Assembly: GCA_965204815.1 (NCBI GenBank)
Contig: OZ242014.1
Span: forward strand, 3,213,747-3,277,746
DNA: 64,000 nucleotides
Reading direction: 5' to 3'
Source: Dehalococcoidia bacterium
Lineage (GTDB): Bacteria > Chloroflexota > Dehalococcoidia > Lucifugimonadales > CATOSD01
The notes beneath the pieces were generated by a model. That model worked only from the letters and a program-made list of their open reading frames with translations. It had not been told where the DNA came from and made no database searches. Below are positions 38,751 through 47,694 of this stretch, in pieces. A program made the position numbers and the translations under genes. Each line of letters begins with the position of its first letter. The stretch's first letter is position 1.

Positions 38751-39698
38751 TTATCCGGCGGCGGCCTCTTCGGCGGCCAGGGATGCGGCGCGCTTGGCGG
38801 CCTTTTCGGCGTCCCGCCTGGCGCAAGCGGCGGCCCAGTCGATCAGCTCCCTCGCCCGCGCCGCCTCGTATGCGTCCACGGTCTCGCCGTCCAGGTCGGC
38901 CTCCACCTCGCCACGGGCGTCGATCTGGTCGAACAGCGCGAGCACACGGCGGGCGCGGTCCACCTCCTCCGGCGTGGGCGTCAGCCCGATGTTCTGGGGC
39001 TGCACCACGTTGGGATGCAGGCCGCCGCCGGAGCGAAAGCCGGCCTTGCGGTTGGCGATGGCCTGCTCGAGCGTGCGGTCGCCGTCGGTTACGCTGCCCG
39101 AGGTGTCGGACATGTAGACGCCACCCGCTCGATTCTGGCCGAGCGCCATGGCTATCAGCTCGCCCTCGCCGCGGTTGTAGAAGAACTGGTCGAATCCCAC
39201 GAACATCTCCAGGCCCATGTCCATGGACATGTCGTAGCCGGTGCCGGGAGAGAATGTCCTTACTCGCGGGCTGCTCGAGGCTATCTCGTAGGAGTTTGCG
39301 ACGCCCAGCGTGGTCTCGATCATGGCGTTGACCTCGATGGTGCCCGGGCGTATGCCGCGCTCCCGCTCCAGCCGGGTGATGATGGCGTCGACCTTGCGAA
39401 TCTGCTCAGCGTGCTCGGTCTTCGGGTGGGAAATGCGGCTCACGCCAGGGCGCACCGCGGCATCGAGATCGGCCTCCGGGTAGGCAACGTTGATGCGCAC
39501 CGAGACCTCGGCGCCGCCCTTCTGGCCTATCTGAATGGCGTTCGGGAGCACGGAGCGGGCGTTGTCCTTCTCCGATTGGGGCACCGAGTCCTCGAGGTCG
39601 TAGTCGAGGCTGTCACTGTGGCGTAGCCAGGAGCTGTTTACGAAGCGCTCGGTGTTTACCGGCATCATGAGGCCCGAGCGTCTGACCCTTCTCGTCAT
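38751..39698 (-). CDS. HpcH/HpaI-CitE-like lyase paralog 2
   Basis: RRSGLMMP, DLEDSV, VRIN, PK, MIETTLG, GYDM, HP, TPTPEE. Confidence 0.88.
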   Translation of the reverse strand: MTRRVRRSGLMMPVNTERFVNSSWLRHSDSLDYDLEDSVPQSEKDNARSVLPNAIQIGQKGGAEVSVRINVAYPEADLDAAVRPGVSRISHPKTEHAEQIRKVDAIITRLERERGIRPGTIEVNAMIETTLGVANSYEIASSSPRVRTFSPGTGYDMSMDMGLEMFVGFDQFFYNRGEGELIAMALGQNRAGGVYMSDTSGSVTDGDRTLEQAIANRKAGFRSGGGLHPNVVQPQNIGLTPTPEEVDRARRVLALFDQIDARGEVEADLDGETVDAYEAARARELIDWAAACARRDAEKAAKRAASLAAEEAAAG

Positions 39699-39717
39699 CG
39701 CGGTCCCTCCTTTCACA

Positions 39718-39758
39718 TCACACCCATCCTAACCTTCCCCCATCAAGGGGTAAGGGAC
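39718..39758 (+). repeat. REP-like palindromic repeat
   Basis: TCACACCCATCCTAACCTTCCCCCATCAAGGGGTAAGGGAC. Confidence 0.75.
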
Positions 39759-40667
39759 TTATGAGGCGGCTTTCAGGTTGTCGCGGGCTTCACACGCCTC
39801 GGCCCAGGTGAGGGTGTCGAGTGCAAGAGCACGCTGCTCGGCACCTGCGTCAGGGTCGGAAGCGGCGGCCCTGGCCTGCGCGAGTTCATCGGTGGTGGGC
39901 GTGAAACCCTCGTTCAGCGCGCGGGCCTGGTCCGCCCTCATGCAGAGCGCTCCGCGAAAGCCGGCGCGGCGGCCGTCGACGGCGGCCCGCAGCGTGTCCT
40001 CTGGACTCGCCGCCAGACCGCGAGAGGTGGCCCGCCACCAGGCTCCAACGGGCTGCACGCCGCAGGCGTTGGCTACGATTATCAGCCGCTGGTTGAGATA
40101 TGGCAGCAGGTGCAGATCGCCCGAGGGCTCTTCCCGCAGGTCCATTGTGAGGTCTGCGCGTCCCAGGCTCACCGACCGCACCCTGTCGCTGGCGGTTAGC
40201 AGGTCCTCGGCGTCCCAGTTGGCGCGTCCGGTGTCGAGGCAGAGGTGAATCTCCAGCGCCTGGTCGGGTCCCCTGGGGTCGTCTGCCTCAAGTATCTCAT
40301 CCAACGGAGGCGGTCTGACGACGCCGCGGAACGCCTCGAACTCGCCGAGCAGCCGGTCGGCCTCGCGCACCTGGTCGGCCGTGGTCAGGCCGGGCAGCAC
40401 CACTCCGTGCAGGCCGCGCCAGACCGACGCGGCGAAGTCGGCGTACAACAACTCGGGGTCGCAGCGCACGTACACCTCAGAGCCGTGGGCGCGCATCTCG
40501 GAAATCGCGTCCTTGACTCCCGCTCTCGCCTCGTGCTTCTTCGTCTCATGCACGGTGTCCTGGAGGTCCAGCACCACCACGTCGGCGCCGCTGTCGGCGG
40601 CGGCGGCCAGGCGCGCGTCGTCGTTGGCGGGCGCGATCAGCCATGACCTCTGAACCCTGTTTCGCAT
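39759..40667 (-). CDS. HpcH/HpaI-CitE-like lyase paralog 3
   Basis: RSWLIAP, GADVVVLDLQDTV, LGRADL, GFRG, FTPT. Confidence 0.85.
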   Translation of the reverse strand: MRNRVQRSWLIAPANDDARLAAAADSGADVVVLDLQDTVHETKKHEARAGVKDAISEMRAHGSEVYVRCDPELLYADFAASVWRGLHGVVLPGLTTADQVREADRLLGEFEAFRGVVRPPPLDEILEADDPRGPDQALEIHLCLDTGRANWDAEDLLTASDRVRSVSLGRADLTMDLREEPSGDLHLLPYLNQRLIIVANACGVQPVGAWWRATSRGLAASPEDTLRAAVDGRRAGFRGALCMRADQARALNEGFTPTTDELAQARAAASDPDAGAEQRALALDTLTWAEACEARDNLKAAS

Positions 40668-40697
40668 CGCGTGCCCTCCGTTCCAGCTTCGCCGTTC

Positions 40698-41885
40698 TCA
40701 GGCGAGCCTCGAAATCTGCTGTTTGGTCAATCCCAGCTCGTCCCCGAGCACCTCCGCATTGTGCTCACCCAGCCGCGGCGCCGGACGGCCGCCCGTCATG
40801 GGGTTCAGGCCGTCGATCAGAAAGCCGGGGCCGGGGTAGCGGAGTGCGCCGGCGAGTGGATGGTCGATGCCGACGAACGTGCCGCGCTCGGCGAGGTGTG
40901 GGCAGTCGGCAACCTCTTCGGGGCTCTGCACCACACCCACAACCAGTCGGCGGTCCATGGCGTCCGTCATAAACTCGTGGGCATTGCGATGGCGCAGCTT
41001 GGATTGCACTAACTCGAGCAGGTCGGCGGCGTGCTCCGCCCTTCCCCGGGGCGTGGCGAACCTGCGGTCGAGCAGTCGCGGTTCGTCCAGGAAGTCGGCC
41101 CACGCCTGCATGGGATTGCCGCCGGTGCCGGCGGTGGTGAGCGTAATGTCGCTGTCCGCCGTGGGCAGGTGCATCCCATCCATCACGTTGCCCTCGCCGA
41201 ATCCTCGGCCCGCGATGGCGCCGGTGTAGCTGTACTGGTGGATGAAGGCAGGCGGCGTGCTCACCACCGCCTCCATGATGGACACATCGACGTGCTGGCC
41301 TTCGCCGGTGAACTCCCGCTGAAGTATCGCACCCATTACCGCGATAGCCGCGTTTCGAGCCGCCGCGACGTGAGTCTGCTCAAGGGCGGTGCCCATCGGC
41401 GCCCGGTCCGACTCGCCGGTGGTGTACAGGAATCCGCCCACCGCTTGCGCCACCAGGTCACCGCCCTTGTACGAGCTGTAGGGGCCGGTCTGGCCGAACG
41501 GGGTTATCGACACGAGGATGAGGCCCGGCTTCAGCGCCCGCAGGGTCTCGTAGCCAAGGCCGAGCTCGTCGAGATGGCCGGGGGCGAAGTCCTCCACGAG
41601 CACGTCCCGCCCCGCGATGAGCCCGAGCAGCGCTTCCCTGCCCTCGTCGGAGCTTGAGTCCAGCGCGACGCCGCGCTTGTTGGTGTTGAACGCTAGAAAC
41701 TGGGAGCTCTGCCTTTCTCCCGATGGGCCCTGCAGAAACGGAGGCTCACGCCTCGCCGTATCGCCCGCGGGCGGCTCCACCTTCACGACGTCCGAGCCCT
41801 GGTCCGCCAGCAGCTTGGCGCAGAAGGCACCGGACGTCGTGGCGCTCAGTTCGACGACGCGAATGTCGCTCAGAATGCCGGTCAC
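40698..41885 (-). CDS. class III CoA-transferase (CaiB/BaiF), subunit apparently lacking the catalytic Asp
   Basis: LSDIRVVEL, DVVKVEPP, NTNKRG, ITPFGQTGPY, GEGQHVDVS, APRLGEHN. Confidence 0.9.
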   Translation of the reverse strand: MTGILSDIRVVELSATTSGAFCAKLLADQGSDVVKVEPPAGDTARREPPFLQGPSGERQSSQFLAFNTNKRGVALDSSSDEGREALLGLIAGRDVLVEDFAPGHLDELGLGYETLRALKPGLILVSITPFGQTGPYSSYKGGDLVAQAVGGFLYTTGESDRAPMGTALEQTHVAAARNAAIAVMGAILQREFTGEGQHVDVSIMEAVVSTPPAFIHQYSYTGAIAGRGFGEGNVMDGMHLPTADSDITLTTAGTGGNPMQAWADFLDEPRLLDRRFATPRGRAEHAADLLELVQSKLRHRNAHEFMTDAMDRRLVVGVVQSPEEVADCPHLAERGTFVGIDHPLAGALRYPGPGFLIDGLNPMTGGRPAPRLGEHNAEVLGDELGLTKQQISRLA

Positions 41886-41914
41886 CTTTCGAGTATCCTC
41901 ATGGTTGCCTCAAT

Positions 41915-41949
41915 ACACCCCCATCCCCTGCTTTCGAGGGGGAAGGGAC
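41915..41949 (+). repeat. degenerate REP-like palindromic repeat
   Basis: CACCCCCATCCCC...GAGGGGGAAGGGAC. Confidence 0.55.
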
Positions 41950-43292
41950 TATCTGACTGCGGACATCGCGTCCGCCGCGCGTTGCCTGTAATCGGGGTCG
42001 TAGAGTCGATCCGCCGCACCGCGTTGGCGTCCATCTGCGGGGGGCCTGTCGTCCACCCTGGGGCGTGTGGACAGCACGCCCGCGTCTGACAGGTGCTGAA
42101 TCTCAGAGTCGGTCATACCGCCCATCTCGCGCAGAACGTCGAGGTTGTGCTGGCCGAGCGCCGAGGCCAGGTGCAGGGAAAGGGGAATGTCGGGCGTCCG
42201 GAAGGGACGACCGGCGAACACTCTCGGTCCGACGTGCGGGGTGTTCGGATTGTCGAAGACCTCGAAGTAGCCACGGCGCCACAGGTGCTCGTCGGACACA
42301 AGGTCCTTGGCGGTGTTGACGGGCCCGGCGGGCACGCCGTGGGACTGAAGCAGGTGGAAAAGCTCCTGGCTGTCTTGTCCGGCGGTCCACTGGGCGATGT
42401 GGGCGTCGAGTTCGGTCCGGCGCGCGTGGCGGATCTGGGCGGTGTCGAGCGAACCGTCGGCCGCCCAGCCGGGCTCGCCCATTGCCCGGCGCAGGGCGTG
42501 CCACTCCTCGTCGTCGGAAACAGCGATGGCTATCCAGCGGTCGTCGCCCTGGCATGGGTAGACGTTATGGGGCGCCCTCCACAGGTGGGACGGTCCGAGC
42601 CTGGGCCGGGACACGCCGCGCTGCGCCTCCAGGACGGCGGGCGCGATGCAGGACACGCCGGTTTCGTACATGCTCAGGTCTATGCGCGCGCCCTGGCCGG
42701 TCTTGCGCTTGCGGTAGAGAGCCAGAAGCAGCGCGTAGGCCACGTTTAGGCCGCCGGTGTGGTCCATGTAGTTGGCGCTTGCGCGGAGCGACGGCCCTCC
42801 CTCGTAGCCGGTGACGTAGGACAGGCCGCAGGCGGCGTCCACGGTGCGAGCGCGTGCGCCGTAGGCGCGCCAGGGACCGGTGTGGCCGTAGGCGGTGCAG
42901 CTCAGCGTGATGATGTCGGGCTTCACGGCGGCGAGCGAATCGTGGTCCAGGCCGTAGCGCGCGGTGGTGCCGGGGCGGAAGTTGTCGGTCACCACGTCGG
43001 CGTTTTGGACGAGCCGCAGGAAGGTCTCTTTACCCAGCGGGTGAGCCACTTGCAGGCAGATGCTCTGCTTGTTGCGTGCCCAGTAGGCGAAGGTGCCGCA
43101 CTCGTTCCACCACTCCCCGCCGGGCGTGCCCTCCGGGAAGGGGCCGGAGCGTCGGTCGTTCATGTGCTCGGCGCTCTCGACGCGGACGACCTGCGCGCCG
43201 AAGTCGGCGAGGAACGCAGTGCCCCAGGGCAGCACGTGCACCTGCTCGAGGGAGAGCACACGTACACCTTCGAGGGGCTTGGGATTGGTCAT
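41949..43292 (-). CDS. class III CoA-transferase (CaiB/BaiF)
   Basis: PLEGVRVL, LADFGA, RNKQS, DNFRPG, YGHTGP, NYMDHTGG, GQGARIDLSM. Confidence 0.92.
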   Translation of the reverse strand: MTNPKPLEGVRVLSLEQVHVLPWGTAFLADFGAQVVRVESAEHMNDRRSGPFPEGTPGGEWWNECGTFAYWARNKQSICLQVAHPLGKETFLRLVQNADVVTDNFRPGTTARYGLDHDSLAAVKPDIITLSCTAYGHTGPWRAYGARARTVDAACGLSYVTGYEGGPSLRASANYMDHTGGLNVAYALLLALYRKRKTGQGARIDLSMYETGVSCIAPAVLEAQRGVSRPRLGPSHLWRAPHNVYPCQGDDRWIAIAVSDDEEWHALRRAMGEPGWAADGSLDTAQIRHARRTELDAHIAQWTAGQDSQELFHLLQSHGVPAGPVNTAKDLVSDEHLWRRGYFEVFDNPNTPHVGPRVFAGRPFRTPDIPLSLHLASALGQHNLDVLREMGGMTDSEIQHLSDAGVLSTRPRVDDRPPADGRQRGAADRLYDPDYRQRAADAMSAVR

Positions 43293-43317
43293 GCTGCGCT
43301 CCTTGCGCGGGCCACGG

Positions 43318-43680
43318 CTAGCCGTTAGGCACCAGTCCTTCCAGCAAACTTAACAGCTCACGCACCTCTTCCAACCCCCCCTCCACGTCCTCATCGGCGA
43401 GCCAACCCTCGTAGAAGTTGGTGTGCAAAGCGCCAGCATACCTGAACAGATCGCGGATTCGGGGCTGTTCCAGTTCGTCAGCGATCCGGCGCGCAACGCT
43501 GAACAGGTCGCCGTGGCGTTCGTGACGCCAGCCGCGCTGCTCTGCGATTGCTTTGATCGTGTGGGCGGCCGCGCCCCAGCCCTTTTCGGACCCCTGCAGG
43601 ACGTCACCGGCGCCGAGTTCGCGCCAAGCCTGCTCCAGCATGCGTCTGCTGGTCTCTATGTGAAAGTCGACCGTTGCCAT
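43318..43680 (-). CDS. PaREP1 family (HEPN-like) protein
   Basis: GDVLQGSEKGWGAAAH, RGWRH, LHTNFYE. Confidence 0.85.
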   Translation of the reverse strand: MATVDFHIETSRRMLEQAWRELGAGDVLQGSEKGWGAAAHTIKAIAEQRGWRHERHGDLFSVARRIADELEQPRIRDLFRYAGALHTNFYEGWLADEDVEGGLEEVRELLSLLEGLVPNG

Positions 43681-43830
43681 TGTCCGACCCTTGCGAGTTG
43701 TAGATGTTGCCTTGTTGCGCCACCTAGTATGAAGCCAGTGGCCGCCTCCCGCAAGCGGGCCGGGGCAGCGGAATGGCAACAGTGCTATAATCGGCTCGCG
43801 GGAACCCAAGCTACAACACGAGGAGACGCC

Positions 43831-45123
43831 ATGGCCAGCACAATCGAAGAACGCTACTTGCAACTTCATCCGAAGTCCGCGTCGATGTCCGACAGGGCGT
43901 TCGAGCTGTTCCCGGATGGCGTTACGCACGACGGGCGCAAGTTCAGCCCGTTCCGCGTGTACATGGACCACGGGCTTGGCCCGCGGAAGTGGGACATCGA
44001 CGGCAACGAGTACATCGACTACCGCACCGGCCACGGCGCAATGATACTGGGACAGGCGCATCCGGCGATCGTTCAGGCGGTCTCCGAGCAGGTCGCCAGG
44101 GGCACGCATCTCAGCGCCTCTACCGAGACCGAGATGAAGTGGGGGACGCTGGTCAAGCAACTCGTGCCCTCCGCCGAGCGGCTCCGCTTCGTCAGCTCGG
44201 GCACCGAGGCGATGATGATGACGTTCCGGATGGCGCGCAGCCATTCGGGCAAGACCAAGATCGTGAAGTTCGAGGGCGCGTTCCACGGCTGGGCCGACGG
44301 GCCTTTCGTGGGCGCGGCGAACGACAGCCCGGAGGGCGGCATACCACCCCAGGTGCGCGAGACGATGATCGTGCTGCCCTACGACATCGCGGCGGTGGAG
44401 CGCACGCTGGACGAGGACGACGACATAGCGGCGGTGGTGTTCCAGGGCAACCAGGTCATCCACCCGTCGTTCTTGGAGCAACTCAGGGAGATCACGCGCC
44501 AGAAGGGCGTGATCCTGATATTCGACGAGGTGGTCAGCGGATTCCGGTTCTCGCGCGGCGGGTGCCAGGGGTTGTACAACGTGATCCCCGACCTGACCGG
44601 CATGGCGAAGATACTGGCCGGTGGGCTTCCCGGCGGCTGCGTCGCCGGTCGGGCCGACATCGTGAACACGGTCGCGCCGGGGCGGATCGCGCATCCCGGC
44701 ACGTTCAACGCCAACCCGCTGTCCGCGGCGGCGGGCGCGGCGGCGCTGGACCTGGTGGCCAACGAGCCCATCAACGAGACGGCGGACGCGAGGGCGCAGC
44801 AGCTCAAGAACGGCCTGAACGAGATTCTCACCAAGATGGAGATTCCGGGCTGCGCCTACGGCGTGTCGTCGATCGTGCACATGCGCTTGGGCGTTCCGCA
44901 CGAGTGCGACAAGATCTATTGCGAGGCGGGCGAGCAGGCGATGATGACGGCCGCCGGAAACGATACGACGCACCTGCTGAACCAGGCCACGATAAACGAG
45001 GGCATCTGGGGCAACCCGACGAGCTTCATCCTGTCCGCGACGCACAGCGAGGCCGACATCGAACTGACGCTGGAGAAGTACGAGACGGCGATGCGGCAGG
45101 TGCGGGCCGAGGGGAAGATCTAG
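43831..45123 (+). CDS. PLP-dependent aminotransferase class III (GSA-aminomutase-like)
   Basis: WDIDGNEYIDY, SSGTEA, FEGAFHG, IFDEVVSGFR, AKILAGG, GTFNANP; AGGAG RBS and TGcTATAAT upstream. Confidence 0.9.
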   Translation: MASTIEERYLQLHPKSASMSDRAFELFPDGVTHDGRKFSPFRVYMDHGLGPRKWDIDGNEYIDYRTGHGAMILGQAHPAIVQAVSEQVARGTHLSASTETEMKWGTLVKQLVPSAERLRFVSSGTEAMMMTFRMARSHSGKTKIVKFEGAFHGWADGPFVGAANDSPEGGIPPQVRETMIVLPYDIAAVERTLDEDDDIAAVVFQGNQVIHPSFLEQLREITRQKGVILIFDEVVSGFRFSRGGCQGLYNVIPDLTGMAKILAGGLPGGCVAGRADIVNTVAPGRIAHPGTFNANPLSAAAGAAALDLVANEPINETADARAQQLKNGLNEILTKMEIPGCAYGVSSIVHMRLGVPHECDKIYCEAGEQAMMTAAGNDTTHLLNQATINEGIWGNPTSFILSATHSEADIELTLEKYETAMRQVRAEGKI

Positions 45124-45139
45124 GGGGGGTCAGGTCAGT

Positions 45140-45179
45140 CCCTCCACCTCAATCCTCTACCGCCGGGGGAGAGGAGGCC
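45140..45179 (+). repeat. degenerate REP-like palindrome between convergent genes
   Basis: CCCTCCACCTCAATCCTCT...GGGGGAGAGGAGGCC. Confidence 0.5.
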
Positions 45180-45192
45180 AGCGGAGGTACCG

Positions 45193-46545
45193 CTACGCGC
45201 CGAAGATGTTGCCCTGGCGCATCATCTGGCGCATCTGGCGGGAGCCGCGGCCGGAGGTCATCTGGCGCAGCGTCTTCTGCATCTGGCGGAACTGGTTGAG
45301 CAGCATGTTCACGTCCTGGGGCGTGGTGCCGCTGCCGCGCGCTATGCGTCGCCTGCGGCTGCCGCCGATGATCTCCGGCTTGCTGCGCTCGTGAGGGGTC
45401 ATCGAGTGGATGATGGCCTCCACCTTTTTGAGCTGGCCGTCGTCCACCTCTGCGCCGGACAGCCTGCCCTTCAGGTTGCCCATGCCGGGGATCATCTCCA
45501 CGATCTGGCTGAGCGGGCCCATGCTCTTGAGCTGCTGTAGCTGCGTCAGGAAGTCCTCCAGGTCGAACGTGGCCTGGCGGATCTTGCGCTCCATCTCCAG
45601 CGCCTGCTCCTCGCTGATGGTTTCCTGCGCCTTGTCGATGAGGGTGAGCACGTCGCCCATGCCGAGGATGCGGGACGCGAGCCGGTCGGGGTAGTAGGCC
45701 TCCAGGGCGTCGACGCGCTCGCCCGTGCCGATGAACTTGATGGGCACTCCGGTGACGGCGGTGATGGACAGGGCCGCGCCGCCCCTGGCGTCGCCGTCCA
45801 TCTTGGTGAGAACGAGGCCGGTGATACCGATGCGGTCGTGGAACTCCTGGGCAGCGTTGACGGCGTCCTGGCCGGCCATCGCGTCCACGACCAGCAGCGT
45901 CTCCACGGGCGAGACCGCGGCCTTCACGCGCTCGAGCTCGGCCATCAGGTCGTCGTCCACCTGGAAGCGTCCGGCGGTATCCACGATAGCCCACGCCGCG
46001 TTGCGCTCCTCCGCGCGGCGAACGCCGTCGCGGGCCACGTCCGGCGTGTCGGACGCACCGGCGGCGCGGTAGACCTCCACGCCCACCTGGTTGCCGAGCG
46101 TCTCCAGTTGCTCGGGCGCGGCGGGGCGCTGGAGGTCGGCGGCCACGAGCAGGGGGTGCTGGCCCTGCTGCGACAGGTGGCGCGCGAGCTTAGCGGCGGT
46201 GGTGGTCTTGCCGGAGCCGTTGAGTCCAATCATCATCGCCACCGACGGGCGACGGGGGCTGGTCTCGAGCCGGTGCGAGCCGCCGTCCAGTGTGGAAGTG
46301 AGCTCCTCGTTGGTGATCTTGACCACCTGCTGGCCGGGGCTGAGGCTCTTGAGCACCTCCTCTTCCAGCGCGCGGGAGCGGATGCGGCCTACGAGGTCGC
46401 GGGCGACTCGGAAGTTGACGTCGGCTTCGAGCAGGGCGAGACGCACCTCGCGCAGAGCCGCGTCGACGTCGCGCTCGGTCAGAGTGCCCTTGTTGCCCAG
46501 GCGCTGGAAGACGCCGTTGAGCTTTTCGGTGAGTACTTCGAACAT
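45193..46545 (-). CDS. ffh: signal recognition particle protein
   Basis: ALLEADVN, GSGKTTT, DTAGR, TKMDGDARGGAALS, SRILGMGD, RIARGSG. Confidence 0.97.
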   Translation of the reverse strand: MFEVLTEKLNGVFQRLGNKGTLTERDVDAALREVRLALLEADVNFRVARDLVGRIRSRALEEEVLKSLSPGQQVVKITNEELTSTLDGGSHRLETSPRRPSVAMMIGLNGSGKTTTAAKLARHLSQQGQHPLLVAADLQRPAAPEQLETLGNQVGVEVYRAAGASDTPDVARDGVRRAEERNAAWAIVDTAGRFQVDDDLMAELERVKAAVSPVETLLVVDAMAGQDAVNAAQEFHDRIGITGLVLTKMDGDARGGAALSITAVTGVPIKFIGTGERVDALEAYYPDRLASRILGMGDVLTLIDKAQETISEEQALEMERKIRQATFDLEDFLTQLQQLKSMGPLSQIVEMIPGMGNLKGRLSGAEVDDGQLKKVEAIIHSMTPHERSKPEIIGGSRRRRIARGSGTTPQDVNMLLNQFRQMQKTLRQMTSGRGSRQMRQMMRQGNIFGA

Positions 46546-46556
46546 GATATGGCGGA

Positions 46557-47579
46557 CTAGCTGCCGACGGTTTCGACCATGTCGCTGAGGATGGCGGACA
46601 TGAGCCGCACGCCGGCGATGGCGCGGTGGTACTCCATGCGCGTCGGGCCGATGGCGCCCACGGCTCCGTAGGCGAGGTCGGGTACGCCGTAGCCGCACAG
46701 CACCACGCTGAGAGGCCAGAGCACGTCGCCGCTGTTCTCGTGGCCGATGACCACCTTCACCACGCCGCCGCCCGGCCGGTCGCCGAGGATCTCCTTCACC
46801 AGCGAGCCGTCCTCCAGGCCCTCCACCAGGGAGCGCATCCGGTCGTTGCCGGCGAACTCCGGCTGGCTGAGCAGGTTGCGCAGGCCGTCGACGTAGTAGT
46901 CCCGGTAGATGGCGGTGTCCTCTTCGCGGAGGATGACGAGCGTGGCGTCGATGACGTCGTCCTCGAGGGGCGACGTGTCGGGATCGAGCGCCTCTATCTC
47001 GCTGCGGGTGAGGCCGGTGATGCGGCTCTTGACCCGGTTGACCGAGGCTTCGAGTTCTTCCGGCGGCGACGGTTTCTGCAGGCGGATGAGCTGGCGTCTG
47101 AGTCCGGCCTGCTCGAGGACCACGATGAGCATGGCGAGGATGTCGCGGATAGGCACGAGCTCGACGTGCTTGACGCGCGGCTGGGTGGCCGTGGGGAATG
47201 TTGCGATGGCCATGTTGCCGACGATCCTGGCGAGCACGGCGGCGGCGACGTTGGCCCATTCGTCGATCTCGCGCTCGATGCGGCCGAGCTCGCGACGGAC
47301 GGCGGCCTGGACGTCGTAGGGCAGGTGGGCTTCCTCCAGGGTGAGGATGGACTCGACATAGAAGCGGTAGGCCTTGTCGAGGGGCACGCTGCCGGCCGAG
47401 GTATGCGGGCGCGTGAGGTAGTCGCGCTCCTCCAGTTCGGCGACGTCGTTGCGAATCGTGGCGGGGCTGACGCCGAGCTCGCCGCGGCGCGCGATGCCGT
47501 CGGACGATATCGGCGCCGCCGTGGTGACGTAATCGTCGACGATGAGTCTAAGGATGGTCTCTTGGCGTGGCGTTACCAT
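46557..47579 (-). CDS. hrcA: heat-inducible transcription repressor
   Basis: SPATIRND, PHTSAG..P..KAYRFYV, IGHEN, IGPTRMEY. Confidence 0.96.
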   Translation of the reverse strand: MVTPRQETILRLIVDDYVTTAAPISSDGIARRGELGVSPATIRNDVAELEERDYLTRPHTSAGSVPLDKAYRFYVESILTLEEAHLPYDVQAAVRRELGRIEREIDEWANVAAAVLARIVGNMAIATFPTATQPRVKHVELVPIRDILAMLIVVLEQAGLRRQLIRLQKPSPPEELEASVNRVKSRITGLTRSEIEALDPDTSPLEDDVIDATLVILREEDTAIYRDYYVDGLRNLLSQPEFAGNDRMRSLVEGLEDGSLVKEILGDRPGGGVVKVVIGHENSGDVLWPLSVVLCGYGVPDLAYGAVGAIGPTRMEYHRAIAGVRLMSAILSDMVETVGS

Positions 47580-47694
47580 GGGACCCGCCGTGATTTGCGC
47601 TACCGAGAGCGCAAGGCATAAAGGCTATTGGAATGAGCCAAGTTTAGCACACGGCGGCGGGGGTGGGTAGTGGTGCGGGGCGTGCGCAGGGCGT

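Noticed and set aside
47644-47670. Possible CIRCE element upstream of hrcA
   Set aside because: Only TTAGCAC is present and the second arm is absent; better explained as an extended -10 (TGcTAAACT) on the minus strand
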